DNA of 64,000 nucleotides from Haliotis rufescens (Eukaryota), in NCBI RefSeq assembly GCF_023055435.1, contig NW_025964112.1:42718001-42782000 (forward strand), written 5' to 3'. The notes beneath the pieces are model-generated. The model was given only the letters and a program-made list of their open reading frames with translations, was not told the DNA's origin and searched no databases. Of the stretch, positions 26,056-39,076 are shown in pieces; positions within the stretch are counted from its first letter, which is position 1; each line of letters starts with the position of its first letter. The position numbers were made by a program, and so were the translations under genes.

Positions 26056-26832
26056 TACAATGTACGATCATTATATATATCTCTCTGACGTTTTATCTGT
26101 ATAATTCTGATATAAAATTAAATACAAATTTAATACAAAATGTCTTCAAATTACATCAGTATATGCTGTGTAGATACATACAAAAACTGCATTCACACTA
26201 TATGTTTCACTGCATAAAGCATAAATGGTTTCATTGGTTGCTTTGTTGCAACTACACAATCACAATAATAAACATTCTAACCTCTAACACTTCCCCACCT
26301 CAATAACGAATTTTACACATTCACACAACATGCTAATTTATTCAACGCATACATGCATGACTCCACGATGTGTTAAAATGTTTTCCTGTGCACATCACAA
26401 TCACAACCGGACATGCATGTGCATGGAATATACGTATATATCAAGAGTAAATAGATACATTTAGGAGATAAACATACTGTATTTTCAATGCATGTTGAGC
26501 TAGGTTACCTGTAGGTTTAACCGCGCTAAACTGACTTTGGAACCGAACGCGCTGCTTGAGTAATTGATACAGTTTACAAGTCATTTCATATGACAAACAT
26601 GGGCGTACACATCTACTCGTCTACTCCTTTTGTTTGTCGATGTTGCTATTTTCGTTGTAAGTGATCTGGATAAGAATGTTGTCTCACCATGTCTCGTTAT
26701 CAAACGGTAGCCCTGGACGTGAAGGGAGAGAACTCGTTTGGTCATACTGCACACGCCTACACCCCACTTGCCAACAACACTTGTATATGTTACAGTCAAC
26801 AGGGGACAACATGTTACAATGGGAATTGTAAT

Positions 26833-27166
26833 CAGTCAGTTTGTAAAATGACTGAAATTTTCACTTGGAAATTTACAAAACGCCAAAAATTTTCAGTCAT
26901 TTTACAATTATTTTTGTATTTATTATATCATGATAATGAATTCCAAACATTTTACTACTTCATTTCATCATCCAGTGATTTAAAATAATGGAATTGAAAG
27001 AAAACGAAAGACAATGGGTATTTTGCACATTTCTGGGCTTCCCATCCAAGCATAATTAGTATATTTTGTTGTCAATATGGCGGAAAATAATTGTAAAATG
27101 TTTACAATATTTTGCCGATTTGTAAATCGCTTAAGTGAAAATTTCAGTCATTTTGCAAATTGACTG
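26833..27166. mobile_element. MITE with about 45-bp TIRs
   Basis: CAGTCAGTTTGTAAAATGACTGAAATTTTCACTT / AAGTGAAAATTTCAGTCATTTTGCAAATTGACTG. Confidence 0.8.
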
Positions 27167-27769
27167 TAACACATAAACAACAATTAAAATCAAAATACGA
27201 TTTTGTTATAACGTAATAAATATTTATCTTTTGAAATATAAGACTACAACCACTACAACAACAACAACAACAACAACATCAGCAGCACCACTACCAGTAT
27301 TACTACAACAATACACTATCACATGACTTTTATAACGTAATAAATGTTTATTCTAACAAGTATTTACAATTATCCAGTTGTCGTTATTACTATTAGTAGC
27401 AGTAATACAAACTGCTACTGAGGCTATATGTTGTGCTTCTTGCAGTATGAAAGTAACTTATGATTTTTGTATGTCTAAAACGCAGAGGTGGTTTGGTAAA
27501 GAGAGCGAATGTTGTGAGAGAATCAGACTTCCTGATATGTTCCGTCGATAAAAGAGTAGGGATTCTCTTGATAATTAATAACAATCAAGACCGTAATAGG
27601 TTTACTTCTGTGACAGTATTTCGATGACATATACAACAGTTTGTTGAATAATATTAACACAAGTAAAGTAATTTCACCGATTTTCCAGGATGTGGAATCT
27701 GTATCTGTTGAACAAAGGCATCGATATGTAAGTCCACAGATGTTGATATTTTCAAGATAAGTGGACAAA

Positions 27770-28810
27770 AGGCTTTATTATACCACTCCAAAAAAGGGGA
27801 TGTACATTCTCCAAATTATTACAGGGGAATTACTACATGTATGTTACGTGTATTTAGAAAATATATGTTTCAATTATTAATTCTCGATTAACGTTTTGGG
27901 CTGATGCATGTGAAAAAAATGTTGAACCACCAGCAAGTTTTTGCAGTGGATACATCCCCACTGATAATGTCTTTACACAACAGTCTGTTATTCAGCGTTA
28001 TTCGATTCAGTTGATAGAACAAAATTGTGGAATGTACTACAGAGTCGGGGTGTTTCATCCAAAATGTATCCAGACTATTTATTCTAAAGTCCCCTCATGT
28101 TTAAAATAAAACGATCTTTCTTCAGACTTGTTTTAAAATATGTTCGCCAAGGTTGTGTACTCAGCCCCTTCTTATTTTCGAGGTTTATTAACGAGTTGGC
28201 AGAGGAAATCGAATCTCGTAGTTACGGTATCCAGTTACATCCATACATAGTACATTTGTTCCTTTTACTTTTCGCTGATGATGTTATTCTTATTTCTGAC
28301 ACAGTTGCTGGATCACAGAGACAAATTAGGGTCCAAGAACAATATTGCTGTAACTGTCAACTAACTATTAACTGGATAAAACAAAAGCTCTAGTTTTTAA
28401 GAAAGGGGGTATTCTGGCGAAAAGTGTAAAGTGGTACTACCAAGAGAAGCAATTGGAGTGTGTTCCATGTCAAAAATATTTAGGGGTTACTCTTAGTAAA
28501 ACTTTGTCTTTGGTTCCACATATAGAAAATGATAGTACACAGCCTAAGAAGATAGGCTAAGGGGGGGGGGGGGGGGGGGGGGGGGGGGAAGAGGAGAGAG
28601 GGGGGGGGGAGGGGGTTAGACAATTCTAAATTCCAAATTATGTTGTCCAGGGCGAATGTGGTTGCTTACCCCTTTACATATTAGCAGCTAAACGTGTAAT
28701 TTTATACTGGTTTAAGTTATTAGCAATGTCAAACTCCAGATGTCCCAGAAAAGAGTTTCAATACAATAATTTAAAGAGCAAGTCAAGGTAAGGTTAACTG
28801 GGCTTTCAAA
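27770..28810 (+). mobile_element. CR1/L2-group LINE RT fragment
   Basis: PNYYRGIT, VRQGCVLSPFLFSRFINEL, LLLFADDVILIS; interrupted by a poly-G run at 28561-28615. Confidence 0.85.
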
Positions 28811-29135
28811 CTTAAATGTTTGTAGAAAGAACTACATGTAATATAGTTTTGCTTGGTGAAAAAATGATCTCAATAGGATATTACTCCGGCATACATTTCA
28901 GTTCTCAGTTCGAAATCGTTTGTATTATGGAATATAGATGCTTGTGCGATTCATCCAATCAATTTTTGATTGTTTCAAATAATTATCATACGTCAGTGAG
29001 AAAGAATATGATCACTGTCGTGTATAATTGTTCTCTTTGCAAAGAGATTATCTAGTCATTGAACGAAAACAAATACGCACATTATGCAAGATAAGAGTTT
29101 CATCGACTCAGATACACAATCTAATATTACTAAAA

Positions 29136-29298
29136 GTGAGTGAGTGAGGCTTTACCTCGCATTTAGCAATATTCCAGCAATATCACAGCGGGGGACACCA
29201 GAAATTGGCTTCAAACATTGTACCCATGTGGGGAATCGAACCCAGGTCTTCGGCGTGACGCGCGAACACTTTAACCACTAGGCTACCCCACTGCCCCC
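29136..29298 (-). mobile_element. SINE family A
   Basis: Matches the other A copies; ATATTACT flanks. Confidence 0.9.
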
Positions 29299-29991
29299 AT
29301 ATTACTTAGAACTTAATAACAAAAGGCACTACTTTCGCCTACTCCGCTAACATAGCATCGTCATATGTCTTTGATATAAATTGCCTATGGTGACCTGTAC
29401 CATGTGTTCCCGAGTTTTTCTGGAGAAAAAATGACTTGCTTTTGCATGTGTTTGTGACACTTAGTCGGTGGGAAATAATACGCTCACCTTTTCGCGAACA
29501 CCTGGTATCACAACTATTTGACCATATCATAACCAAATGCTTGTGATAAAGTAGGAATCATAGAATCGACTCTGATTCTAGCACAGAGTTATTATAAAAA
29601 TGGAAATGGTTTTGTCGCGTTTCTTTATCAAATTTGTAAACATTTGCTTGAGTTCCTGAAGTGTTCAAATTTGTGCTTCCAGGTGACTGTAAACGAGCTT
29701 TTCCGCTGACATACAAACACACATGAACAACAGTCTGTTGCTCAGTGCTGTGTGACAAACAACAGCAATAACATGCCATCTTCTGCTGAGCCTCCTGTTA
29801 GAAGCTTAGAGTGTTAACAAAGCAATATGTCAATGCAATTTTTAAATGTAAAATCTGAAGTGGTTGTTTTCAATACGCTGGATATGTATTCATGGCCATT
29901 AACACAAAATTCTACTCGAAGACCACAATAATATTAAAAAGAAACATTAAAGTTTAAAATGTTTGAATTGTGTTTCTGTAGCCTCTCGCAT

Positions 29992-30271
29992 GTATGAATT
30001 AGGGAATTTTCTCCCTTACACGTTGGTCTGGTAGTAGGCAACAGTAGTATGAATTAGGGAATTTTCTCCCTTACACGTTGGTATGGTAGTAGGCAACAGT
30101 AGTATGAATTAGGGAATTTTCTCCCTTACACGTTGGTATGGTAGTAGGCAACAGTAGTATGAATTAGGGAATTTTCTCCCTTACACGTTGGTATGGTAGT
30201 AGGCAACAGTAGTATGAATTAGGGAATTTTCTCCCTTACACGTTGGTGTGGTAGTAGGCAACAGTAGTATG
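29992..30271. repeat. 55-bp minisatellite, 5 near-identical copies
   Basis: Unit GTATGAATTAGGGAATTTTCTCCCTTACACGTTGGTATGGTAGTAGGCAACAGTA. Confidence 0.97.
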
Positions 30272-30699
30272 GATTTATGTCGAACTTAGGCTATGCGGCC
30301 AACTTCTCGACAAGGAGTTCCTTTTTCGGTTGTTATAACTTGAAATAGTTTGTGGAAAAGGGAACATTTTCCATAAAATAGTGAAAATATATATTACAAC
30401 ACCAGAGGATAACATTTGCATCCATAATACATATATCTTGGCTTTTTAAATTGGCTTACATGTATGTGACATTTACTGACATCAGTGTGTTCTCAAGATA
30501 AGATATTCATCATGCGACTCTTGCTCAAGATATGGTATTTGTAATACGACTTTTGCTCAAACGTTGTTTGAATATGATCACAACATTTTAGGCCTCATTC
30601 AATATTTCATTTTTTATCGCCAATAAGTGGACGATGCATTTCCAAGTTTGAGGCATCAGTGATAAAAATGCTTCCGATGCAATTCCTTATTTTGACCTG

Positions 30700-31270
30700 T
30701 ACCATATGTTCTAGTGTTTTTTTCTCAGGTGAACAATTGACTTGCCTTTGCGTGTGTTTTTGACGGGTGCTTCCGGTAGGGCAGGATATCATTACTATTT
30801 GATAATGATTCATAAACACATGCCCATGATACAGTCGGAATCGTACAATGGACTGTGTTTTAGCAGAGATTTCTTGTGGCGTTGGAAAGAGTTTTGTCCC
30901 TTTTAGTTATATGATGATGGGTTAAAACACAGTACGATGATACAACGTGTAGGTGTGATCGTAGACATCGGAAGTATGGATAGTGAGTCAGTATACCATT
31001 CATTTCATATGACAAAACTGGACGGACACATCTACTCGCCTACTCCTTTTGTTTGCCGATATAGTTGGAAATATGAATTGTCAATGGAAGAAAATAACCA
31101 GTCTAAATTATCCACCGCAACAGATTTCATTTGGCATAAAGTGCAAAATATATGAGGATGGACAACTGAAAATCAGTGATGACACCAGGTATTCGCGAAA
31201 AGGGAAAGTATGTCTACCAGTAGCAACCGCTATTCACACAGATCTGGATAAGAACTGTGTCTTGCTATGT
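30700..31270. mobile_element. Two Naiad-type PLE 3' ends in tail-to-tail orientation
   Basis: Plus copy at 30700-30910 and minus copy at 31080-31270 of the motif that follows the RT at 55140. Confidence 0.65.
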
Positions 31271-31284
31271 CCCGTTATCAAAGG

Positions 31285-31430
31285 ACCCGTGAATAGGTCT
31301 TCAGCAACCCATGCTTGCCGTAAAGGCGACTATGCTTGTCGTAAGAGGCGACTAACGGTTGATGCATGTCATCGATCCCAATTGCGTGGATCGATGCTTA
31401 TGATATCAATCACTGCATTGTCTGATCCAG
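31285..31430 (+). mobile_element. SINE family D, partial
   Basis: ACCCGTGAA..CAACCCATGCTTG..GGCGACTA with a duplicated hairpin. Confidence 0.8.
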
Positions 31431-31453
31431 TATACTTGTGTTGTATATTTCAG

Positions 31454-31591
31454 GCTTCCAGTGCTATACCTGTTCCTACGATCATAATACCCCTGGGCCA
31501 ATTGACTGTTTGACCAGCCCGGAAGACCTTCCCGACAATCTGCACATAAAATGCGGAAACTTTTGCGTAACGCAAGAGGTCTTCAGTATAC
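31454..31591 (+). CDS. Ly6/uPAR gene 1, exon 2
   Basis: FQCYTCSYDHNTPGPIDCLTSPEDLPDNLHIKCGNFCVTQEVFSI; phase 1-1; missed by the ORF track. Confidence 0.88.
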
Positions 31592-31776
31592 GTATGTATA
31601 TTTATTCTGTGTAGGAAATGAGTGAAGGTTATTGCATGTTGTTATATAAGGTGTAACACTTAACACACCTTTATATATGAAGTTTTGAAGAAGGAAATCA
31701 ACATTAGTCATTGGTTTAGATCAGGTTACAATTACGTCAATTGACTTAGTGTTTCAAATATTATTGATAAGACATG

Positions 31777-32004
31777 TACCCGTGAAGATCCGTTTGGAAT
31801 CAACAACCAATGCTTTTAGTAAGAGGCGACTAACGGGATCGGGTGGTCAAGCTCACTGACTTGGTTCAAGCATGTCATGGTATCCCAATTGCAGAGATCA
31901 ATGCTCATAATGTCAATCACTGGAATGTCTGGCCCAGGGTCGATTGTGTACAGCCCGCCGTCATATAGCTGGAATATTGCTGAATGTGGCATTAAACAAC
32001 AACG
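31777..32004 (+). mobile_element. SINE family D, full length
   Basis: TSD TAAGACATG/TAAGATATG; starts TACCCGTGAAG. Confidence 0.88.
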
Positions 32005-32365
32005 TAAGATATGCTTTGATGCTCTATACTGTAGAAAAAGAAATGTGGTGAGCCTATCTTTTGCGACATTGTAAATTTGTGAAACCCATTTCTGGTGTCC
32101 CCCGCCGTGATATTGCTATGCTAGTGTTAAACGCGGCGTTAAACCTCACTTCAAAATGAACTACACGCAATTATATTCACTCACTGTATGAATAAACCAT
32201 TGCATGTTAACCCTTCAGTCAGAATTGTCTCTTCCTTCCTTCTTCTACCAAATCCATCAACTCCGCCTTGAGAGTGGGTCGTTGTTTGTATCCAGGAGAT
32301 TTTTTTATGTTTATACAGGTGTGTTTGCCGATCACATTCAGTGATGTTAGTTCAGTCTTTTGTTG

Positions 32366-32620
32366 CCCCGTGAAGATCCGGGTAAGAACTGATCTTCAGC
32401 AACCCATGCTTGTCGTAAGAGGCGACTAACGGGATCGGGTGCTCAGGCTCGCTGACTTGGTTGATGCATGTCATCGTATCCCACTTGTGTAGATCGATGC
32501 TGATGATGTCAAATACTGGATTGTCTGGCCGAGAGTCGAGTATTTACAGACCGCCGTCATACATCTAGAACATTGATGAGTGCAGCGTTAAACACATCCA
32601 ACAAAACAAAGAAACAAATA
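32366..32620 (+). mobile_element. SINE family D, full length
   Basis: TSD TCTTTTGTTG/TCTCTTGTTG; starts CCCCGTGAAG. Confidence 0.9.
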
Positions 32621-33072
32621 TCTCTTGTTGGGACGTCGTCAACATTCATCTGTAACGTCATTACCAATGAATGACGTCAACGTGAATTAATTGTAACAAC
32701 GCTATGATATTTGGTCATATAGCCAGAGCTGCTCCCTAAAACTGCCGCATCCACTGACCATGTACATGTATGTAATTACTAATGTCCTCGACAAAATCAA
32801 CCCATTGAAAACCATTTCAATGAACGATGGAGCGAGTAAGTTTATACGTCAGATTTTGTCCAAAACTACGACAAGGAAAGATCTATCACAAATATACCTT
32901 ATGCGTTTATCCATGTGGGGAATCGAAGTTAAACACAAGGCTACTCTACCGCCCATTAAATGTGTGGTTTAATTATCTTGATATCTCCAGTGGAGCTTAT
33001 CTTGAACTGTTTTGACTTTAAATCATGGCGACAACTTTATTAGTACTCAACGTTTTTCAATATTGGTTTCAG

Positions 33073-33335
33073 AGGACAAGATCATTTTATCATTTTTTCG
33101 AACGTGCAGCGTTGATTGGGGCAATGTCTGTACGGAGGATGCGTGGTTCGTGACGTGCAAAACAACGTGCATTGGCGACTTCTGCAATGAGGGACTAACA
33201 ATGGACCCTGACACACACGAGAGGCCTGATGTCAAGGACAACTACGGAAACTGGTACGAAAACAGTGCGACGCAGCTTCACAACGTCATGGAGACGATGT
33301 TAGCAATACTTTTAATCATTGCATGTGTGACATAA
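33073..33335 (+). CDS. Ly6/uPAR gene 1, exon 3 (GPI signal)
   Basis: RTC..NVC..TCKTTCIGDFCN, then an NSA omega-like site and hydrophobic tail; phase 1. Confidence 0.88.
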
Positions 33336-35079
33336 TATCAGAATACAACCAAAGGGTCGGTGGACGGTGAACTAGATTTTGTATTAATAATGTACATAAG
33401 GGACAAGCCATTTCATATTCAGGCGAGAGGCTATGATAATTTGCTTCAGTTAGCGCTTCAAGGCATACCATTCTATTCTCCGACACGAAGATCCAAAATA
33501 TCTTTTTCAGCATTTTTTTTCAAATAGATTTCTTTTAAAAAAACAAAACAACCAGACCTCCAATTGAATATGAAATGGTCGCCCCCTAAATAGTAGAGAA
33601 AACAAGGTTGCACAAGAAACACACAAAAGAAACAAACTCTGATGAATGTTGTTAAGTACTATAGAAAATAAAATATTTTGATTTCGGTTTACCAAGTTTC
33701 TCCAATTTGATTTTCTTGAAATCCCATTATTACGCTCTGTCTGATAAGTGTAAGTAACCTATACACAACATGATTAATAAAGCATAGTAGTGTATGATGA
33801 CCAGTGGGAAATCGTTTGAACACCTGGTGAAATCACTGATTTTTAGTGGTCGACTTATATAAATGTCATCGCTACATTGCCCCTTACGTCAAATAGAATC
33901 TGTTTCGGCGGATAATCTAGACTCTTGTATTGACATTTTACATTTACATGTAATTCGATGTTTCTGTACCTTTCAGGAAGGTTTTGAGTGAAATAATTAA
34001 ATTTCCTTTGAGTTCAATGTAATTCCTGCATTCTGATCAGCTGAATTGGCCAGGTGTTATTGCATTCATTTCCTAATGAATGTAAAAGATTAAGCCACTC
34101 CCAAATAGGCGGACTTCTTTTATTACTACGGAGTATCGGGGAATCCAAATATTGTATCGTGTATCGTCATGCACACGTGTATTGTCTTGCACAGGACATT
34201 TAGCGAAATTCATGCTTATTCATTGTCCAAACTACCCTTTGGCACCGAAGGCCGAGAAGGAATGAAACAGCCAACGTCCAGGCTCGCTCGCCTGAGTTCC
34301 ACAAATTGCACGTCTTCGGGTTTCATTTATAACCCGCATTTTTCTAACTGTGTCTTCTCGTTCCCTGGGAACTAATGTTCGAAACAGCCGCCTTCTCCCA
34401 GACATTTTTCTTCCAGTTCGTCACAGTCTGACTGTTGCTGTTCTTTTCGAATCTTGCCTTGATTGATAGGTCCCTATGAACTTTGTTTTGGCTACTGACT
34501 TGGTGGGCGTGTCAAGTTATGTGCATAAATTAAACAATCACAAGATTCATGTCACAACACAGTATGTATTCCTGCACCTGGAATGTTTATCAATCTCGTC
34601 ATTTTTGTCTGCTTTGATATATGCAACTGTTTTTGGTTAAACTATCATTGATACATGTAGCACATGTTTTTGTTGTCGAATTTAATTATAAGGATTGACT
34701 GTGAATTTTTTTCGGTTCATTTAGGGAAGACTCGAAAAACCGATGTGCAAACTTTTGTAAGAATCCGCTATCCTTAATTAAACTAATTCTATGGCAGAAT
34801 ATGTTTGTACTTGATTCTGATCAATCACACTACATCACTCGATGTACCATTTTGTTAGTTTACTTCAGCAGTATACATTTTGTGCGAGAATATTTGTGTT
34901 CCGTCGTCTATATAGGTATCTTTAAATTCATTCACTAGGCATAAGGCGATGCAATTCACTTCGCTGAGTTGTCTCCCTTAACCGAGCAACAATACCCAGT
35001 AAACGTTTGCCACCACCACAACCTTTGACCACAGATATAGTTACAGTTACGAGTTCTGCTCGGATTGGCAAGGTGAAAA

Positions 35080-35260
35080 CATGGTAATTCTGCCAAGAAG
35101 TTTTAAATTTAACTTGAGCTTCAGGTATATCGATGATCTGATATCATTCAAAAACCATCAAATAACCGTCAACTGATTTACCCACCTGAACTAGAAATAA
35201 TGGAGTCAAGTGCGATCGCCACGCCCGTAATCTATTAAGATGTGAAACATTTTACACTTC
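35080..35260 (+). mobile_element. Naiad-type Penelope-like RT fragment
   Basis: FNLSFRYIDDLISF..IYPPELEI. Confidence 0.7.
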
Positions 35261-35529
35261 ACCATGCTGTTTCTGCAAATCTACATGTACAGAAGATAGT
35301 GACACCGTGTATCCTCCAGTCAACGTTCGTTTTCCAAACAGTGTAACTCTGCAACCTGTAATCTTCCACATCGACTTTGAGTAAGTCCCCGCCAATGTAG
35401 TAACTTCAACATTAGACTAGAGATACACATGTACGTGGCGGTTTCTTCCATTGTGCCCAGGTATTGTGGAGAAAGATTGGCCTGGTCAGCTTGCAAGAAA
35501 GATGCCGGCAAGCGCAGAATGGTTAGATG

Positions 35530-35860
35530 CGACCGCATCCGTGGTCTAGTGGTAGAGCGTCCGCCCGGAGAGCGGAAGGTTCGAGGTTCGATCCCCGGCC
35601 GCGTCATACTAAAAGATGGAACTTGTTGTTACCCTGTCTGGCGATCGGAATTAAGGGACTAAAACAAGGACTGGTCGGCTCGGAGTCAGTATCTAATACT
35701 CAGTCAGTATACTGTGTCTGAGTGGGGTATTCATGTTAAACCGCGGCATGGTATCTCTGTGTGCTAGCACTAGTACAAGCAGCCACACACACACGTACAT
35801 GCACGTCGCTATATAAGTGCAATAACCTTGGACGCGACGTTAAACTCCATTTCACCTCAC
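35530..35860 (+). mobile_element. SINE family C
   Basis: TSD TGGTTAGATGC. Confidence 0.9.
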
Positions 35861-35879
35861 TGGTTAGATGCCATCTCAG

Positions 35880-36120
35880 TCCAGAGGGAGAGAAAGCGGG
35901 CCAATTTATGGACTATTTGACAGAAACTTGGGTTGATGATGAAGGTGTATGGGACAAGCTTTGGGAACCATTTCGGCAATCTTGAAGGATAGCACAACAA
36001 AACAACCCCTTCAATAACGTGCTAACCAAACAAAAATGAGTTTGTCAAAAACGAACCGTCTCACACAGAGCGTAAGTAACAAAAGAACCAGGACAGTGTT
36101 GCCAACCGCAACGTAAGGTA
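35880..36120 (+). mobile_element. MULE transposase C-terminal remnant
   Basis: FMDYLTETWVD..LW resembles FMDYVTTTWVE of the 2561 element. Confidence 0.55.
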
Positions 36121-36202
36121 AATAGAAATGGAAATAGAACATTTAGTCGGGTTCAACGAACAACGTTCAGCTGTGGAACCTTCCACTTAGTTCTCACAAG
36201 AT

Positions 36203-36545
36203 GGACCGCCTCCGTGATCTTGAGGATAAAGAACAGAAGGTAGGGATTCGATCCCCACCCGCGTCTTACCTAAAGACAAAATGTAGTACATGTACTTGTT
36301 ATTACTCTGAATGGCGCTCGGCATTAAATGCAGAATACAAGGACTAGCGGCTCGGGGTGCGATATCCATGTATTAAACTGCTACATGGTATTTCAATGTG
36401 CTAGTACATGGTATTTCAATGTGCTAGCACAATAAAACCGGAATAAGTCAGGGCTAGTACAAGCAGCCACACACAGGTACATACACGTGGCTATACAAGT
36501 GCAATAATATTGAACGCCACGTTAAACACACTTTCACCTCACCTC
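36203..36545 (+). mobile_element. SINE family C, diverged (plus partial tail at 36645-36760)
   Basis: GACCGCCTCCGTG head; C tail. Confidence 0.8.
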
Positions 36546-38769
36546 GCTACAAGGTGCACATAGTCGTTTAAAGTAACACGCACTTTCCTGAGAACAACTG
36601 ACAGAGTCTAATGGTGTTCCAATGGCTAACCTTAGCACATTAGATCAAGTCGGCCTTAGTCCGGGCTAGTACAAGCAGCTATTCACGTACATCTACGTCG
36701 CTATGTAAGTGCAATATTCTTAACGTGACATTAAACCACATGTCATGATTACCTCACTTAACACTCATAATCGGGGTACCTACGGGCCATAGACTTTAGG
36801 GGGTCGGACCCACTGCTCGTAGGTTCGTTTGTCAACGCTATACATGACAGAGGGGTCGTGGGCTTCACCAGCCTGTTGGCGGCTGACGCCTCCTTCATAT
36901 GGAGACGTTGATTCATATTTATATATATATTTGCACGTGTCTGTAGAGATACTCGTGGAGTAAAGTTTCATGACCAAAGGAGGTCGACCAAATTATATTT
37001 GCTCATTAGTAAAGTTGTTTGCAAAGCAAATAGTGATTGGTGAACATAATGACTGTTCATTTGTGTGATCAACAAATATATCCGGGTCTATCTCCCAAAA
37101 TAGAACATTATACTATATTAGATATCTAGACATCACGTGACGTCACTGTCTGAAAGTCATTCATGAACACACGTTCATGATATAGGCGGAATCATACACT
37201 TGACTCTTATAAGATTTCTTATGAATATGGAAAGGATTTTGTTGCTTTTATTTATCCTGGGCTTGTCGAGGAACACAAGTAACATGAAAAATCCTTTTGC
37301 AGCATTGAAAAAGTAGCCTGTTCGTGATGAGTGCCTCGGAAACATTTTCTCGTTCTTCTCGTTCTGATCTTTGTAATAATGATATATATCCTCTATGTAA
37401 ATGTCAGATCACACCCATAACCTTTATCACACATGAACATAAAAGTAAATCTACTTTTGCTGACGTGAGTATTTTTACTCCATGAGGTCAGCATGAGCAT
37501 TAGGTAATACAAACATTGATTATTCTGTATGCAGCCGAGACTGTTATCACATCATTAATCTTAATATGCGCTATATGTTTGACGAAGGTTATAATTGATT
37601 TACAAATGATAATGACACAGTAACCCACAACTAGTAATTAGGGATTTTTATAGGCATTTGCTAATACAATACCTACATGTATGGCATTGTTAATGGTTTA
37701 TACATTTAATATTGTATAATGGCAGTATACAACGCAGCTTGCAGCATCGACTCATTAACGCTGCGCATGTTCCAATGTGTTCTACAAACGTCGACAAAAG
37801 GTCTGGAACATTTGCCATAGCTCCAGGTGAAAAGTCAGTTTTTTTTAGTGTATTCAGATCTTTCTTCTCTCCGCGGAAGACGGTCTTAAGAAAATAGTCC
37901 AAATATCTTTGGACAACGGGCGAATGTTTGACGACTTGCGTGAGTTTGCCGATTGGATGTTTGTTGTTCAGCCTCGTTCAAACTAATTCCCCAGGGCATT
38001 GTTTTATACGGACTTTATCCCAGGGAATACAAACCAAAGCCTGGGATTAATGGATCATTCGTGACCTTCTGGTTAAACGTGGCAAGATAGGAAGGAAAGT
38101 AGCAGTGTTGTAGTTTTAGCCAGAAGATCTGCTTTTAGGTGTTAGTTTTTCTTGCCGGAGTCACATGCTTCATTGTTAATGATTTCTCACCGTGTTTCCG
38201 CGATGTGATGTGACATACCGGGTCTCAACAGAACACGACGTGCTAAGAGCGAATAAATTCCCTCGTTCAGAGTCACGAATAGTCTTTTTGAAAAGTGTTT
38301 AAAAATGGTACTTTTTTTGTTAAGAAATATGTAACTTATTCAAGGAAACGTGGTTATCTTGATGTAATGTTCTTAAGTAAGAAATTTCGTCCATTTTTTG
38401 GACTGTTTTAAATGATAATGTGCAGAAATATATGCTCTGTGTGCCAGTGGATATGTCTGGTGAACTTTGTTTGGCACGGACTGTAGTGATTTGACAAGAT
38501 TAACTACATCCTTCTATTTAACTAGAGTCAATGATAATCTAGTAAACATGTACACCGTAAATAGTTTCTCGGCAGGATAAAACAAACGGATAAAACAGTA
38601 TCCGTTGAGATCATTTACGGATAAATAAAGAACTATATTGTCAGTTGTCAGCGTCCGACTCACTGATAACTGACCTTGTGATGTAAGATATTGATGCGGA
38701 CGTTCCAGGAAAACTTGCATTTTTTAGATACCTTTTGTGAGAGAGAAGAATATTGATTTCAACGATAGA

Positions 38770-39076
38770 GGTGAAGGGGGATGTGAAATGGGGTTAAACG
38801 TTGCGTTCAAGAATATTTCACTTATATATCGACGTGCATGCGGGTGCGTGTTTGGCCGCGTGTACTAATCCGGGCGGTTTTATAGTGCCAGATACCACAT
38901 GCCGCAGCTTAACATGGATAGCCCACTCGGACACAGTACACTTAAGTCCAGTCCTTGTTTTATCCCCTTAATGCCCAGCACCAGACAGGGCAACAACAAA
39001 TCCCATCGTTTAACGGTTTTGGTATGATGCGGCCGGCTTGCAGGGGATCGAACCACCGACCTTCCGCTCTCCGGGC
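38770..39076 (-). mobile_element. SINE family C, 5'-truncated
   Basis: Similarity to the other C copies. Confidence 0.82.

Noticed and set aside
28561-28615. G-run as a functional G-quadruplex
   Set aside because: A homopolymer expansion inside a dead LINE; its length may be a sequencing artefact.
10203-30271. Tandem arrays (53, 33 and 55 bp) as CRISPR
   Set aside because: No unique spacers, no cas genes, eukaryotic context.
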